A stretch of 64,000 bases of DNA from an uncultured delta proteobacterium (GTDB lineage: Bacteria; Desulfobacterota; Binatia; UBA9968): assembly GCA_963755715.1 (NCBI GenBank), contig CAVWLW010000054.1:1-64000 (forward strand), written 5' to 3'. A model generated the notes under the pieces. That model saw only the letters and a list, made by a program, of their open reading frames with translations, was not told the DNA's origin and searched no databases. Both the position numbers and the translations under genes were made by a program. Below are positions 10,333-22,416 of this stretch, piece by piece (position 1 is the stretch's first letter; each line of letters opens with the position of its first letter).

Positions 10333-11817
10333 CTATTTTACGAAGAAACGCAACGACTGGCTGGTGTACTGCACGAGCGGCCCAAAGTAGACACCAAACA
10401 CTATCGTGAGCACCGTCAGGGGGATCAAGAGGGTGAAATCATTAACCGCCACTGCAACTGGCTTGTCCTCGGGGTTGGGCATGTCGAGAAACATGGTCTT
10501 GACGATTTTCGCGTAGTAATAAAGCGAGATCACGCTGTTGAGCGCCGCTACTAGGGCCAGCGCACCGAATGCGCCGCCTTGCTTCAGTACCGCTGAGAAC
10601 AAGAAAAATTTTCCGATAAACCCGGCGAACGGCGGCAGGCCGGTCAGCGAAAAGAGAAAAACCGCCATGCAGATCGCCGGCACGATCGCGCCGCGCCAGG
10701 CAAGGCCGCGGTAGGTCTCGATGTCTTCATCGCCGGTGACGTTGGCGATCATCGCAACAACGAGAAAAGCGCCGACGTTCATGATCAGATAGACGACGAT
10801 GTAAAAAAGAATCGCCGACAGACCGTCATTATTCAATACGGCCAAGCCCATCATCATGTAGCCGGCGTGGGCGATGCCGGAGTAAGCCAGCATGCGTTTG
10901 AGATTGCGCTGGTTAAGCGCGCAGAGATTGCCGACGGTCATGGTGATCATGCTGAGAAACAATAATACCTGCGGCCACTCGACGCCCGAAAGAAACGCCC
11001 AATCGCCGCTCGGCAAGGAGCGCGAGACCCCCGGGAAAAAGAAACGAATCATGATGGCAATACCGGCGGCGTTGGAAGCCACGGACAAGAACGCGGTGAA
11101 CGGTGTCGGCGCGCCCTGATACACGTCCGGCGACCACATGTGAAAGGGCACGAAAACAATTTTGTAACCGAAACCGGCCAAGATGAAAATAAAAGCCATG
11201 AACAAGGCGGCTTTGTTAAACGCCGCTTGGCCAAGCGCGGTTTGAATCGCGGCGTAATCCAAGCTTCCGGTCATGCCGAAGATCCAGCTCATGCCATAGA
11301 TCATCGTGCCCGACGCGACACCGCCGTAGATCAAATACTTCAGCGCCGCTTCGCTCGAGCGGCGGTTGTGCGGCAAAAAGCCGGTGAGAACATACGAAGT
11401 CAAGCTGACCAGTTCTAAGGACAGATAAGCCATCAGCAAATTGCTCGACGACGCCATGAAAAACATGCCGAGGGTACAGGTCAGCAGCAACGTGTAATAT
11501 TCGCCTTCATGCACTTGCTTGATTTCGTTGCTGCTAAGCGACATCCAGATACACAGAATCGCAGCCGCCAGCGCGATGACCTTAAAGAACAGACTGAAGT
11601 TGTCCAGAATCATCATGCGGTGAAACAAGTAACCGGGCTGAGCGCTGTAAAGGTCCAGAGTCGCGATCAACGATGCCACACAACCGACCAAGGCGATCAG
11701 CGCAAGACCGCGGCGCCGGCTCGCTATCAGATCGAGAATGATCAGCACCAGTATCGTCGCGGAGAGGATAAACTCCGGGTAAAAAAAACTGAGGCTGGCG
11801 ACGTTCTTAAGATCCAT
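10333..11817 (-). CDS. nuoN: NADH-quinone oxidoreductase subunit N
   Basis: EAALKYLIYG, PFHMWSPDVYQGAP, KRMLAYSGIAHAGY; last gene of nuo cluster. Confidence 0.95.
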   Translation of the reverse strand: MDLKNVASLSFFYPEFILSATILVLIILDLIASRRRGLALIALVGCVASLIATLDLYSAQPGYLFHRMMILDNFSLFFKVIALAAAILCIWMSLSSNEIKQVHEGEYYTLLLTCTLGMFFMASSSNLLMAYLSLELVSLTSYVLTGFLPHNRRSSEAALKYLIYGGVASGTMIYGMSWIFGMTGSLDYAAIQTALGQAAFNKAALFMAFIFILAGFGYKIVFVPFHMWSPDVYQGAPTPFTAFLSVASNAAGIAIMIRFFFPGVSRSLPSGDWAFLSGVEWPQVLLFLSMITMTVGNLCALNQRNLKRMLAYSGIAHAGYMMMGLAVLNNDGLSAILFYIVVYLIMNVGAFLVVAMIANVTGDEDIETYRGLAWRGAIVPAICMAVFLFSLTGLPPFAGFIGKFFLFSAVLKQGGAFGALALVAALNSVISLYYYAKIVKTMFLDMPNPEDKPVAVAVNDFTLLIPLTVLTIVFGVYFGPLVQYTSQSLRFFVK

Positions 11818-11825
11818 GATCGAGC

Positions 11826-13337
<1,512 letters not shown>

Positions 13338-13359
13338 CTGCTAGATTCTCCCTAAGAAC

Positions 13360-15396
13360 TCAGCTCGCGTAACGCAATTTGGCGATGATGAGCAGCAGCA
13401 CTGCGATCAAAATTCCATAAAGGTAACTGTTAATGTTGCCGGTCTGAACTCGGCGCAGCTTGTTGCCGATGCCAAATGTCACGTTCGCAATCAAGTTGAC
13501 CATGCCGTCGATGATGTACTGGTCGAACAAACCGTTGAGCCAGGAAACAAAGCGGGTCAACGCCGCCGCGCCATTGACGATGCCGTCGATGATGTATTGA
13601 TCGAACAGCGAACCGAAGCGCGCGATCAACAGAGTACCGTTGACGAAGACGACTTGATAAATTTCATCGAAATACCATTTGCGGTCGAACAAACGATAGA
13701 ACAATCCGCCGGCAAGATCTGCAAAGATCGCCGGCGAAAGTGATTCCCGGCGATACATCAGATACGCGAGAAAAACGCCCAACGACGCCACCGAAACAGA
13801 AACCGCCATCAGACCCCACTCGAGCGCGTGGGAGGCATGCGCCTCTTCGTGCGCGTGGATGACCGGCTCCAACCAGTGCGCGAATTGGCTGCCGCCCAAT
13901 ACCCCCGGCAGGCCGACGAAGCCGGCGAACACCGCGCCGATGGCCAAAATGACCAAAGGGAGGGTCATCACCTGCGGCGATTCGTGCAAATGCTCCTGGG
14001 TGTGATGATCGGCTCGGCTCGTGCCGTAAAAAGTCATGAAGAGTTGGCGAAACATGTAGAAGGCCGACAAGCCGGCGCCGCACACGGCGAGAAACCAGAT
14101 CGTCCAATGACCGTTCGAAGCCGCCAGCCAGAGAATTTCATCCTTGGAGAAAAACCCGGCGAACGGCGGAAAGCCGGCAATCGCCAGCACGGAAATAAAA
14201 AACGTTATGAACGTGACCGGCATCCAGACTTTGAGCCCGCCCATCTTGCGCATGTCTTGCTCATGGTGCATGGCGTGAATCACGCTGCCCGCGCCAAGGA
14301 AGAGACAGGCTTTAAAAAACGCATGCGTCATCAGATGGAAAACTGCCGCCGCGTAGCCGCCCACGCCGATGCCGATAAACATGTAACCCAGTTGGCTGAC
14401 CGTCGAATAGGCGAGGACTTTTTTTATGTCGTATTGGGTCAAGGCGATGCTCGCCGCGACCAGAGCGGTGGCGACGCCGATCACCGCGATCACATGCAAG
14501 GTCGTCGGCGCCATGGAAAAGAAAACATTCATCCGTGCGGTCATGTAGACGCCGGCGGTCACCATCGTCGCGGCGTGAATCAACGCGCTCACCGGAGTCG
14601 GTCCAGCCATCGCGTCCGGCAGCCAAACGAAAAGCGGAATCTGCGCCGATTTGCCGGTGGCGCCGACAAAAAGAAAGAGCGTCGCCAGCGTGATGACCGG
14701 CCAGCCCCAGAGCAGCGAATCTTTAATCGTCGGCGCCCACTGCACCATTTCGCGAAAGGTTAGAGTGCCGTGCCCCTGGGCATCGAGGGACCAGAAAAGC
14801 AAAAACATGCCGAGGACAAAACCGAAATCGCCGACGCGGTTGACGATAAAAGCCTTGTTGCCGGCGCGCGCGTTGTTGTGATCGGTGTACCAAAAACCGA
14901 TGAGCGCATAAGAACACAAGCCCACGCCTTCCCAACCGACGAAGAGCAGCAGCAAACTATCGCCCAGAACCAGCGTAAGCATCGCCGCGGTGAACAAGTT
15001 GAGATAGGCAAAGAAGCGCCAAAACGCATTGTCGTCGTGCATGTAGCCGGTGGCGTAGATGTGGATGAGACCGCCGATGCCGGTGACGATGAGGATCATC
15101 ACCGCCGAAAGCGGATCGATCAGAAAAGCCATGTCGACTTGAAGCGAACCGAGGTCAATCCAGCGATAGAGATTGTCAATGAGAAAGCGCTTTTCCGGCT
15201 CGAGCGCTTTCAGAACAAAAAAGGCATATAACGACAAACCGAAAGCGATGACGACCGGCGCGCAGGCGAGCAACGCTATGGCGCCTTTGCCAAAGCTCTT
15301 CTGGATCTTCGCGCCCAAGACGCCGTTGACGATCGCGCCGAGCAAAGGCAAAAACACGATCCAGCGAATGAAGTCAGTCTGTATCGGATGGTCCAT
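13360..15396 (-). CDS. nuoL: NADH-quinone oxidoreductase subunit L
   Basis: GKSAQIPLFVWLPDAMAGPTPVSALIHAATMV, HAFFKACLFL. Confidence 0.95.
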   Translation of the reverse strand: MDHPIQTDFIRWIVFLPLLGAIVNGVLGAKIQKSFGKGAIALLACAPVVIAFGLSLYAFFVLKALEPEKRFLIDNLYRWIDLGSLQVDMAFLIDPLSAVMILIVTGIGGLIHIYATGYMHDDNAFWRFFAYLNLFTAAMLTLVLGDSLLLLFVGWEGVGLCSYALIGFWYTDHNNARAGNKAFIVNRVGDFGFVLGMFLLFWSLDAQGHGTLTFREMVQWAPTIKDSLLWGWPVITLATLFLFVGATGKSAQIPLFVWLPDAMAGPTPVSALIHAATMVTAGVYMTARMNVFFSMAPTTLHVIAVIGVATALVAASIALTQYDIKKVLAYSTVSQLGYMFIGIGVGGYAAAVFHLMTHAFFKACLFLGAGSVIHAMHHEQDMRKMGGLKVWMPVTFITFFISVLAIAGFPPFAGFFSKDEILWLAASNGHWTIWFLAVCGAGLSAFYMFRQLFMTFYGTSRADHHTQEHLHESPQVMTLPLVILAIGAVFAGFVGLPGVLGGSQFAHWLEPVIHAHEEAHASHALEWGLMAVSVSVASLGVFLAYLMYRRESLSPAIFADLAGGLFYRLFDRKWYFDEIYQVVFVNGTLLIARFGSLFDQYIIDGIVNGAAALTRFVSWLNGLFDQYIIDGMVNLIANVTFGIGNKLRRVQTGNINSYLYGILIAVLLLIIAKLRYAS

Positions 15397-15444
15397 CTAA
15401 TCTCTCAACCATTGAACTTTTGAACGCTTGAACCGTTGAATGAA

Positions 15445-15756
15445 TTAGTCTTTCAGCGTCTCCGCCGCTTCGACGTCGATCGTATGAAAGAGTTGGAAGA
15501 TCGCCAGCACGATCGCCAAGCCGACCGCCGCCTCCGCGGCGGCCAGCATGATCACGAAAATCGCATAAATCTGACCATCCGCATTGCCGCTGCTGAAATG
15601 TGAAAATGCCACGTAATTGATATTGGCGCTGTTGAGAATCAGCTCGACGCCCATGAGCACGCTGATGGCGTTACGCCGAGTCAAAACCGTGAACAATCCC
15701 AGAGAAAAGAGAATCGCGCCGATGATGAGATACGAAGAGAGCTCGTTGGGCGACAT
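15445..15756 (-). CDS. nuoK: NADH-quinone oxidoreductase subunit K
   Basis: MGVELILNSAN, AAAEAAVGLAI. Confidence 0.95.
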   Translation of the reverse strand: MSPNELSSYLIIGAILFSLGLFTVLTRRNAISVLMGVELILNSANINYVAFSHFSSGNADGQIYAIFVIMLAAAEAAVGLAIVLAIFQLFHTIDVEAAETLKD

Positions 15757-15758
15757 GG

Positions 15759-16259
15759 CTACTCTTTGATCTCCTTGCGTGACAGCACGACCGCGCCGAT
15801 CATGGCTCCAAGCAAGACCAACGAGGCGAGTTCGAAGGGCAACAGATACGAATATAAAAACAGGTCGCCGATCGTCGCCGTCGTCGGCGCATAAACCACT
15901 TCCTTGGCTTTAACCCACGGCGTTACCTTAACGGTCTCGATCAAGAGATAGACGAGGACGCCGATAATGATCAACGCGGGAATTCTCCCGGCGGCGCGGT
16001 TGGTCACTTCGACATCGGTAATGCGATGCGTCAGCATGACGGCAAACAGAATCAAAACGAGAATGCCGCCGACGTAAATCAAGACCTGTACCGCCGCCAC
16101 AAAGTCGGCGCCGAGGAAGATATAAATGCCGGCGACGCCCATAAACGTCCCGAGTAGCGAGAACGCGGAATAGATGATGTTTCTGGAAAACGCCACCATC
16201 GCGGCAGAACCGACCGTAATGAGAGCGATTAGATAAAAAACCGCCGTCGATACACTCAT
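15759..16259 (-). CDS. nuoJ: NADH-quinone oxidoreductase subunit J
   Basis: QVLIYVGGILVLILFAVML, PFELASLVLL. Confidence 0.95.
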   Translation of the reverse strand: MSVSTAVFYLIALITVGSAAMVAFSRNIIYSAFSLLGTFMGVAGIYIFLGADFVAAVQVLIYVGGILVLILFAVMLTHRITDVEVTNRAAGRIPALIIIGVLVYLLIETVKVTPWVKAKEVVYAPTTATIGDLFLYSYLLPFELASLVLLGAMIGAVVLSRKEIKE

Positions 16260-16380
16260 AGACTTGCGAACTGTTGGGATCTCAGAAAATGTTGAAGACG
16301 TTCTGGCTCAAATACCGGAAGATCCGATTTGGATCAAGAGGCTGGGTCTTTGATCTAGCTCGCCGCCCCGTTTCAGGCCC

Positions 16381-16941
16381 CTAACCCTCGTCTGCTGCCG
16401 CCCCCCCTCCGTCTGGCGTCGCGAACTCATCAAGATATTTCATGCCGATATCGACTTTGGTCACGAGCTTGGGATCGGTTTCGCCGCCCTTTTTCGGCTT
16501 GTACAAATTTTGCGGCTGTGGCGCGAAGTGTCGCACCAGCCCCGCCGGATTGTAGCTCGCCCCTTCGAATTCTTGTGAATGACGAATGGCTCCGGTCGGG
16601 CAAGCCTCGGAGCAAAGCCCGCAGTACATGCACTTGCACACGTCGATATCAAAGTGAGTAAATTGACGTACCTTGGTTTCTTTGTTCATCTCGATGCCGA
16701 TCGTAATGCAGGTGATCGGGCAGTCTCTTTCGCAAGCCAAGCACCCCGTGCAAATATCCATATCGACTTCGAGGATACCGCGGTAGCGGCGCGGCAAAGT
16801 TTCCTGGATCGGCACCGGAATCTTGTCCGGATATTGGATCGTCATCGGCCGGCGCATCAGGTGCGAAAATGTGATCGACATCCCCTCGAAAGTCGAGCTG
16901 ATTGCCTGCCAGATATCTTTTCCGTAGCTTACGACGTTCAT
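16381..16941 (-). CDS. nuoI: NADH-quinone oxidoreductase subunit I
   Basis: TIQYP and two CxxCxxCxxxCP ferredoxin motifs; start taken at MNVVSYG. Confidence 0.92.
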   Translation of the reverse strand: MNVVSYGKDIWQAISSTFEGMSITFSHLMRRPMTIQYPDKIPVPIQETLPRRYRGILEVDMDICTGCLACERDCPITCITIGIEMNKETKVRQFTHFDIDVCKCMYCGLCSEACPTGAIRHSQEFEGASYNPAGLVRHFAPQPQNLYKPKKGGETDPKLVTKVDIGMKYLDEFATPDGGGAAADEG

Positions 16942-16954
16942 AAACCCCCAACGG

Positions 16955-18151
16955 CTATATTTGCGGCTTAAAATAAAGCTCCGGCTTCGCGCTGCGCACT
17001 TGAAACACCACCCGTCTAAAGAAATTAATCGCCGTAGCGAGAGCAAAGCCCAAAGTGATCGCGCTGACGATGCGCTGCACGTCCGCCGGCACAAACATGA
17101 AACCGATCGTTCCCAGCAAACACATAAAAGACAACGGCACCATGTACTTCCAGCAAAGCGCCATCAGTTGATCGACGCGCACCCGCGGCAAGGTGGCGCG
17201 CACCCACATGGCGACGAAAACCCACATGTAAGCTTTTAAAAAGAACGTGACGAATTGCGCCACACCCAAGAGCACCGGAGAATTTTCGAAAATCGGCAGC
17301 GGTGGAACCTGCCAACCGCCCAAGAATAGCGTCGTGGCGACCGCGCCGATAACGTAGAGATTGCCCCACTCGGCGAAGAAGAAAAATAAAAAGCGCATGC
17401 CGCTATATTCGGTCACATAGCCGGCGACGAGCTCGGATTCCGCTTCGGGGATATCGAAAGGGGTGCGGTTGCCTTCGGCGAGCGCGGCGGTGAAGTAGAG
17501 AAAGAACGCTCCGAACGTGAATGGATTGTGGAACAGAAACCAATCCCAGGGACCCCATCCCTGAGCCTTGATGATGCCCTGCATGCTCATCGTGCCGGCG
17601 AGAAATATAATTGTCAGAATCGCCAAGCCGGCGGGAATTTCATAGCTCACGATCTGCGCCGCCGAGCGCATGCCGCCCAAAAGCGACCATTTGTTGTTCG
17701 AGGCCCAGCCGGCCATAAGAATGCCGACGACGACAAGCGAGGTCACCGCCAAAATATAGAGAATGCCGATATTGAGATCGGCGACGATGAGATCGGCGCC
17801 GAACGGAATGACGACAAAGGTGCAAAGAAAGCCCATGAAAACGACATAGGGCGCAAAGGAAAAAAGCTTGGCGTCTGCGTCCGTCGGGATCAAATCTTCT
17901 TTGAGCAAATTTTTGATGCCGTCGGCGAGCCACTGCAAAATTCCCTGGGGCCCGACCCGGTTGGGCCCGACGCGCGACTGCATGCGCGCCCAGACCCGGC
18001 GTTCGAGCCAACTGGTGACACCGGCGAGCGGCGCGACAAAGGCCGAGAGCACCACGAACGCCACGAGAACCATGGCGATGGCGTAAACGACTTCTTTCGG
18101 CACGCCGGCAAAAGCGCCGTCTCGTATCATTTGGTCGAGGTAAGCTTGCAT
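16955..18151 (-). CDS. nuoH: NADH-quinone oxidoreductase subunit H
   Basis: ERRVWARMQSRVGPNRVGP, NRTPFDIPEAESELVAG. Confidence 0.95.
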   Translation of the reverse strand: MQAYLDQMIRDGAFAGVPKEVVYAIAMVLVAFVVLSAFVAPLAGVTSWLERRVWARMQSRVGPNRVGPQGILQWLADGIKNLLKEDLIPTDADAKLFSFAPYVVFMGFLCTFVVIPFGADLIVADLNIGILYILAVTSLVVVGILMAGWASNNKWSLLGGMRSAAQIVSYEIPAGLAILTIIFLAGTMSMQGIIKAQGWGPWDWFLFHNPFTFGAFFLYFTAALAEGNRTPFDIPEAESELVAGYVTEYSGMRFLFFFFAEWGNLYVIGAVATTLFLGGWQVPPLPIFENSPVLLGVAQFVTFFLKAYMWVFVAMWVRATLPRVRVDQLMALCWKYMVPLSFMCLLGTIGFMFVPADVQRIVSAITLGFALATAINFFRRVVFQVRSAKPELYFKPQI

Positions 18152-18169
18152 GATAACCCGTAACTCGCT

Positions 18170-19309
18170 CTAGCGATCGATCTCCGGCGCGTCGACGTCC
18201 AGGCTGCCGATCAAAGCGATCAAATCGGCGAGCATGATTCCCTTGCTGATCTTGTCGATGATGCTCATGGCGGTATAAGAACCGGTGCGGATTCGCACCC
18301 GATAGGGATACTCGCTGCCGTCGCTGACCACGTAAAAACCCATGTCGCCGCGCGGCGCTTCGACCCGGGCGTAGCATTCGCCCACCGGCGGGCGAAACTT
18401 CTTCGGCACTTTGGAAATGGCCGGCCCCTTAGGCATCATCTTCAAACATTGGCGCACAATGCCGCAGCTCTCCTGCATCTCTCGGATGCGCACCCAGTAA
18501 CGATCGTAACTATCGCCGAGCGCGCCCACTTGCGCCGTGCCGACCGGGATTTCGAATTCCAATTCAGGATAAATGGAATACGGGATATCGCGCCGGATGT
18601 CCCATTTGACACCCGAGCCACGCAAATTAGGTCCCACCAAGTTGTACGAGAAAGCGTCTTCTTTGCTGACCACCGCCACGCCCGCAAGCCGTTCGATGAA
18701 GATCTTATTTCCCGACAATAACCGGTTGAACTCGTCGACAATCGGTTCGAAGTGGTGCAAAAATTCGCCGATCCTGGCGCAAGTCTCGGGGAGAATATCG
18801 TAGCCGACGCCGCCGATGCGGATATAATTGTAAGTGAGCCGTGCGCCACAGATCTCCTCCATCAAATTGTTGATGGTTTCCCGTTCCCTGAGCGCGTGGA
18901 CAAACGGCGTCATCGCGCCGATGTCCTGGCCAAAGGTGCCGACGGAAATCAGATGACTGGCGATACGATTAAGCTCGCAGGCGATCACCCGGCAAAATTC
19001 TCCGCGACGGGTAACTTCAGTGCCTGCGAGCTTCTCCGCCGCCATGCAAAAAGCCTGGTTGGCGAACATGGCGGCTAAATAGTCGGCGCGATCGGTATAA
19101 GGCACGTAACCGTGGTAGGTCACCTTCTCGCCGATCTTTTCGATCGACCGATGCAGATAACCCACATCAGGAATCGCTTCGCTGATGACTTCGCCGTCGG
19201 TTTTGACCACGAAGCGCAAGACGCCGTGAGTGCTGGGATGTTGCGGTCCCACACTGATGGTCATGTCTTCGGTATAAAAGCCGCCCGCAGCTGGTGCTGG
19301 TTCGCTCAT
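18170..19309 (-). CDS. nuoD: NADH-quinone oxidoreductase subunit D
   Basis: GPQHPSTHGVLR, GYLHRSIEK, EAPRG. Confidence 0.95.
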   Translation of the reverse strand: MSEPAPAAGGFYTEDMTISVGPQHPSTHGVLRFVVKTDGEVISEAIPDVGYLHRSIEKIGEKVTYHGYVPYTDRADYLAAMFANQAFCMAAEKLAGTEVTRRGEFCRVIACELNRIASHLISVGTFGQDIGAMTPFVHALRERETINNLMEEICGARLTYNYIRIGGVGYDILPETCARIGEFLHHFEPIVDEFNRLLSGNKIFIERLAGVAVVSKEDAFSYNLVGPNLRGSGVKWDIRRDIPYSIYPELEFEIPVGTAQVGALGDSYDRYWVRIREMQESCGIVRQCLKMMPKGPAISKVPKKFRPPVGECYARVEAPRGDMGFYVVSDGSEYPYRVRIRTGSYTAMSIIDKISKGIMLADLIALIGSLDVDAPEIDR

Positions 19310-19314
19310 ATTTT

Positions 19315-19821
19315 TTACCGCAAAAGTTTTTCGACCAACGGCGCGCGCTGGGTGCTGATGCCGTCGTATTCTTCCTGCTCGACGTAGTCCTTACGCAGCG
19401 GATACCCGACCCAATCTTCCGGCAGCATGATTCTTCGTAAATCGCTGTGCCCCTCGAAGATGACGCCGAACAGATCGTAAACCTCGCGCTCGAACCAATT
19501 CGCCACTTTCCAGACATTTTCCAATGTGGCGATTTTGGGATTGTCCCGCGGCAAATCGACTTTGAGGACAATTTGATGATTATGAGAATACGAAAACAGG
19601 TGGTAAACGACTTGGATCTTTTCCTCTTTCGGCCAATCGAGCGCGGTCAAATCGGACAAAACCTCGAATTTGAACCCCGGCGCGCTGCGCAGAAATCGGC
19701 AAATCTCGACGATAGCGGCCTTATCGACGGTCAGATAGGGCTCTAAAACCTCCGCTTTCAAATCGCTGACTTTACCGGGGAATAACTTCTCCAGGGAAGC
19801 GTATATTTCCTTAGCGTCCAT
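19315..19821 (-). CDS. nuoC: NADH-quinone oxidoreductase subunit C
   Basis: ANWFEREVYDLFG, GYPLRKDY. Confidence 0.95.
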   Translation of the reverse strand: MDAKEIYASLEKLFPGKVSDLKAEVLEPYLTVDKAAIVEICRFLRSAPGFKFEVLSDLTALDWPKEEKIQVVYHLFSYSHNHQIVLKVDLPRDNPKIATLENVWKVANWFEREVYDLFGVIFEGHSDLRRIMLPEDWVGYPLRKDYVEQEEYDGISTQRAPLVEKLLR

Positions 19822-19830
19822 CTACTCCAA

Positions 19831-20349
19831 TTACTCCGCAGCCCCGGTTTGATCCGCTGCCGGCCGCGACGGCTTCACCAGCCAGCGCTCGCGCATCATC
19901 TTGTCTTGAATGCGGAGCAATCCTTCGGTCAGCGCCTCAGGACGCGGCGGGCAACCAGGCACATAAACGTCCACGGGCACGATTTTATCGACACCTTTAC
20001 AGACCGAATAGGCAAGTTGAAAAAGGCCGCCGCAATTCGAACAGCTGCCCATGGAAATCACGTATTTCGGATCCGGCATCTGATCGTAAAGCAGCTTGGT
20101 CCGCTTCGCCATCTTGTAGGTCAGCGTGCCAGCGACGATCATCAGATCGGATTGCCGGGGCGTCGCCCGCGGCACCGCGCCGAAGCGGTCCAAGTCGGCC
20201 CGCGGCCCGCCGGTTTGCATCAGTTCGATGGCGCAGCAGGCCAGGCCGAAAAGCATATACCACTGCGACGAGGCACGGCCCCAGTTTAGAATGTCGTCTA
20301 TTTTCGTGGTGAAAACCGTTTCCGGTAACGAATTTATTAGAGGTTTCAT
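19831..20349 (-). CDS. nuoB: NADH-quinone oxidoreductase subunit B
   Basis: [21 protein letters not shown]. Confidence 0.95.
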   Translation of the reverse strand: MKPLINSLPETVFTTKIDDILNWGRASSQWYMLFGLACCAIELMQTGGPRADLDRFGAVPRATPRQSDLMIVAGTLTYKMAKRTKLLYDQMPDPKYVISMGSCSNCGGLFQLAYSVCKGVDKIVPVDVYVPGCPPRPEALTEGLLRIQDKMMRERWLVKPSRPAADQTGAAE

Positions 20350-20368
20350 CGCGCTTCTCCTAACCGCA

Positions 20369-20755
20369 TTAGGCCTTGATGTTCTTTACCCATTCTAGAT
20401 CACCTTTGACCCAAGCGTAAACCAAGCCAAGAAAGAGAATGCCGACGAACAGCAGGACCTCGACCAGCGCGAAGACACCCGCCCCACCCTCGACCCAGCG
20501 ACGGAAAACCGTCGCGACCGGAAAGATAAAGGCTATTTCCACTTCGAAGATGATGAAAATTAACGCGACGATGTAAAATCTGATGTTAAAATTCACCCAT
20601 GCGCTGCCCATGGCCGGCTCGCCGCACTCATAAGTCGACAATTTTCGGGCTTGCGGATTCGACGGGCGGAGCAGTTTTCCGATCAGCAGATTGACCCCGA
20701 CGAACCCAAGTCCTAATGCCGTAAACACTAAGACATTAGCAAAATCAAATAACAT
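20369..20755 (-). CDS. nuoA: NADH-quinone oxidoreductase subunit A
   Basis: [22 protein letters not shown]. Confidence 0.95.
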   Translation of the reverse strand: MLFDFANVLVFTALGLGFVGVNLLIGKLLRPSNPQARKLSTYECGEPAMGSAWVNFNIRFYIVALIFIIFEVEIAFIFPVATVFRRWVEGGAGVFALVEVLLFVGILFLGLVYAWVKGDLEWVKNIKA

Positions 20756-21118
20756 CGTAAGTTTCCGTAATTACACTGGAAGATGCTACGATTTCTTATA
20801 ACCACAAAAGCTACTGAGAATCAAACGCGGCTGGCGCCGCTCAAGCGTCGCTAAGTTTGCGATCAAGCGGTTTTTTGACTAAAGTCGTCGCCAATTCGCC
20901 AGGCCCCTTTTCCACGGGCGTGCCCGGCATCTCACTCGATTTTGAATGACCGCAAGCAAAATCGGAGCACGATGCTTGTCAAAGCCAAAGTTGGGCATTT
21001 TTTGCGCTATAATCGATCTGGGTTGGCATTGGTGCACTCTGGTTCGGGCCGACTTCAGAAGATTTGGCGACAATCTATTTTTCAACGCACATTAGCTCAG
21101 TAAGTCGGGGGTTGAACT

Positions 21119-22337
21119 ATGACCATGCGATTGGAGACCGAACGAAAAGTGCGCCGCTGGCGCGAGCAGCGTTGGCTCCTTGACCAAGTCATCCAAACGC
21201 GCGGCATCGATTGGGATCAAGGCCGCACCGGGAAAATTCTCCGTAATTGCGGGCCCGGCGTGCAGGCGAGATCTCCAGGAAGTTTGCCGGCGAATTCAAA
21301 AGTTCGTCGATATCCCGCGCGAGTTTAGCCGTGCCGCGGCGCGCCGCGAAGAACAAGGACGCGCCGCCGAAGCCGCCGGCCACTTTCTCGAAGCGCGCGA
21401 ACACTACTACATCGCCGCCTGTTTCTATACCAATGCCATGTGGGCGATTTACGAAGATAGCAATGCCGAGCGCGTTTCCTGGCAGACACGAAAGCGCGCT
21501 TGCTATGATAAATTTATTCAATACGCCGGCCGTCCCATCGAGCGGGTCGAGCTTCCCTACGAAGGAAAAAAGATTCAAGCGATCTTGCATCTGCCGCCGG
21601 ACAGAAAAGCCGGCGAAAAAGTTCCCTGCGTCATGTACATCCCCGGCATGGACGGCGTCAAAGAAGACAATCCGGCGAGCGGCGATCCGTTCCTCGAACG
21701 CGGCTTCGCCGTGCTTGCCATCGACGGACCCGGACAGGGCGAGACTCGTGAAGGCGGTATCAGGTGCACCGCGGCCAATTATGCCGACGCGGGCAAGCTC
21801 GCCTGCGACTACTTGGTCAAAAGGCCAGAGATCGATGCCGATCGCCTCGGCGTCATGGGTTCGAGCATGGGCTCCTACTGGGCGCCGCGCGTCGTCGCCA
21901 AGGAAAAGCGTTTCAAAGCGTGCGCGGTGAGCGGCGTCTGTATGGAACCGGGCCAGTATGCGATCTTCAACATGTCGTCGCCGACCTTCAAGCTCAATTA
22001 TATGTACATGGCGGGCTACGATGACGAAGCGGCTTTTGATGAATTCACCAAAACCCTGTCGCTCCGCGGCGTCACCGCGAAAATCACTTGCCCTTACATG
22101 GTCGTCGCCGGCGAAGACGACGAGCACTGCGATATGAAATTCGTCTATGAGCTGATGGGCGAGATCCCCGCGCCGAAGCTGCTTTATGTTTTCGAAGGCG
22201 AGCGCCACTCAATTCGCAACCCACGCTCGCGCTCCCTGGTAGTAAACTGGCTCATCGACACCCTGCTCGGCAAACCGTTCAAGTCAGAGATCGTCCGCGT
22301 TGAGACCAGCGGCAAGGAAGTGCATCGGGAATGGTAA
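21119..22337 (+). CDS. Alpha/beta hydrolase (2,6-dihydroxypseudooxynicotine hydrolase/FrsA-like); frameshift near 21260
   Basis: PGMDGVKE, DGPGQGE, nucleophile GSSMG; N-terminus lies in ORF 21119..21328. Confidence 0.8.
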
Positions 22338-22416
22338 GGAGCCGTGATCGTGTTCGTGGCTCATGTTCGTCTTCACACGATCACGTTTCACAAACACGAG
22401 GCGACAGGTAGCCGGG

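Noticed and set aside
22344-22385. GTGATCGTG...CACGATCAC inverted repeat before larC
   Set aside because: Single copy in the window, so a REP element cannot be told apart from an incidental stem.
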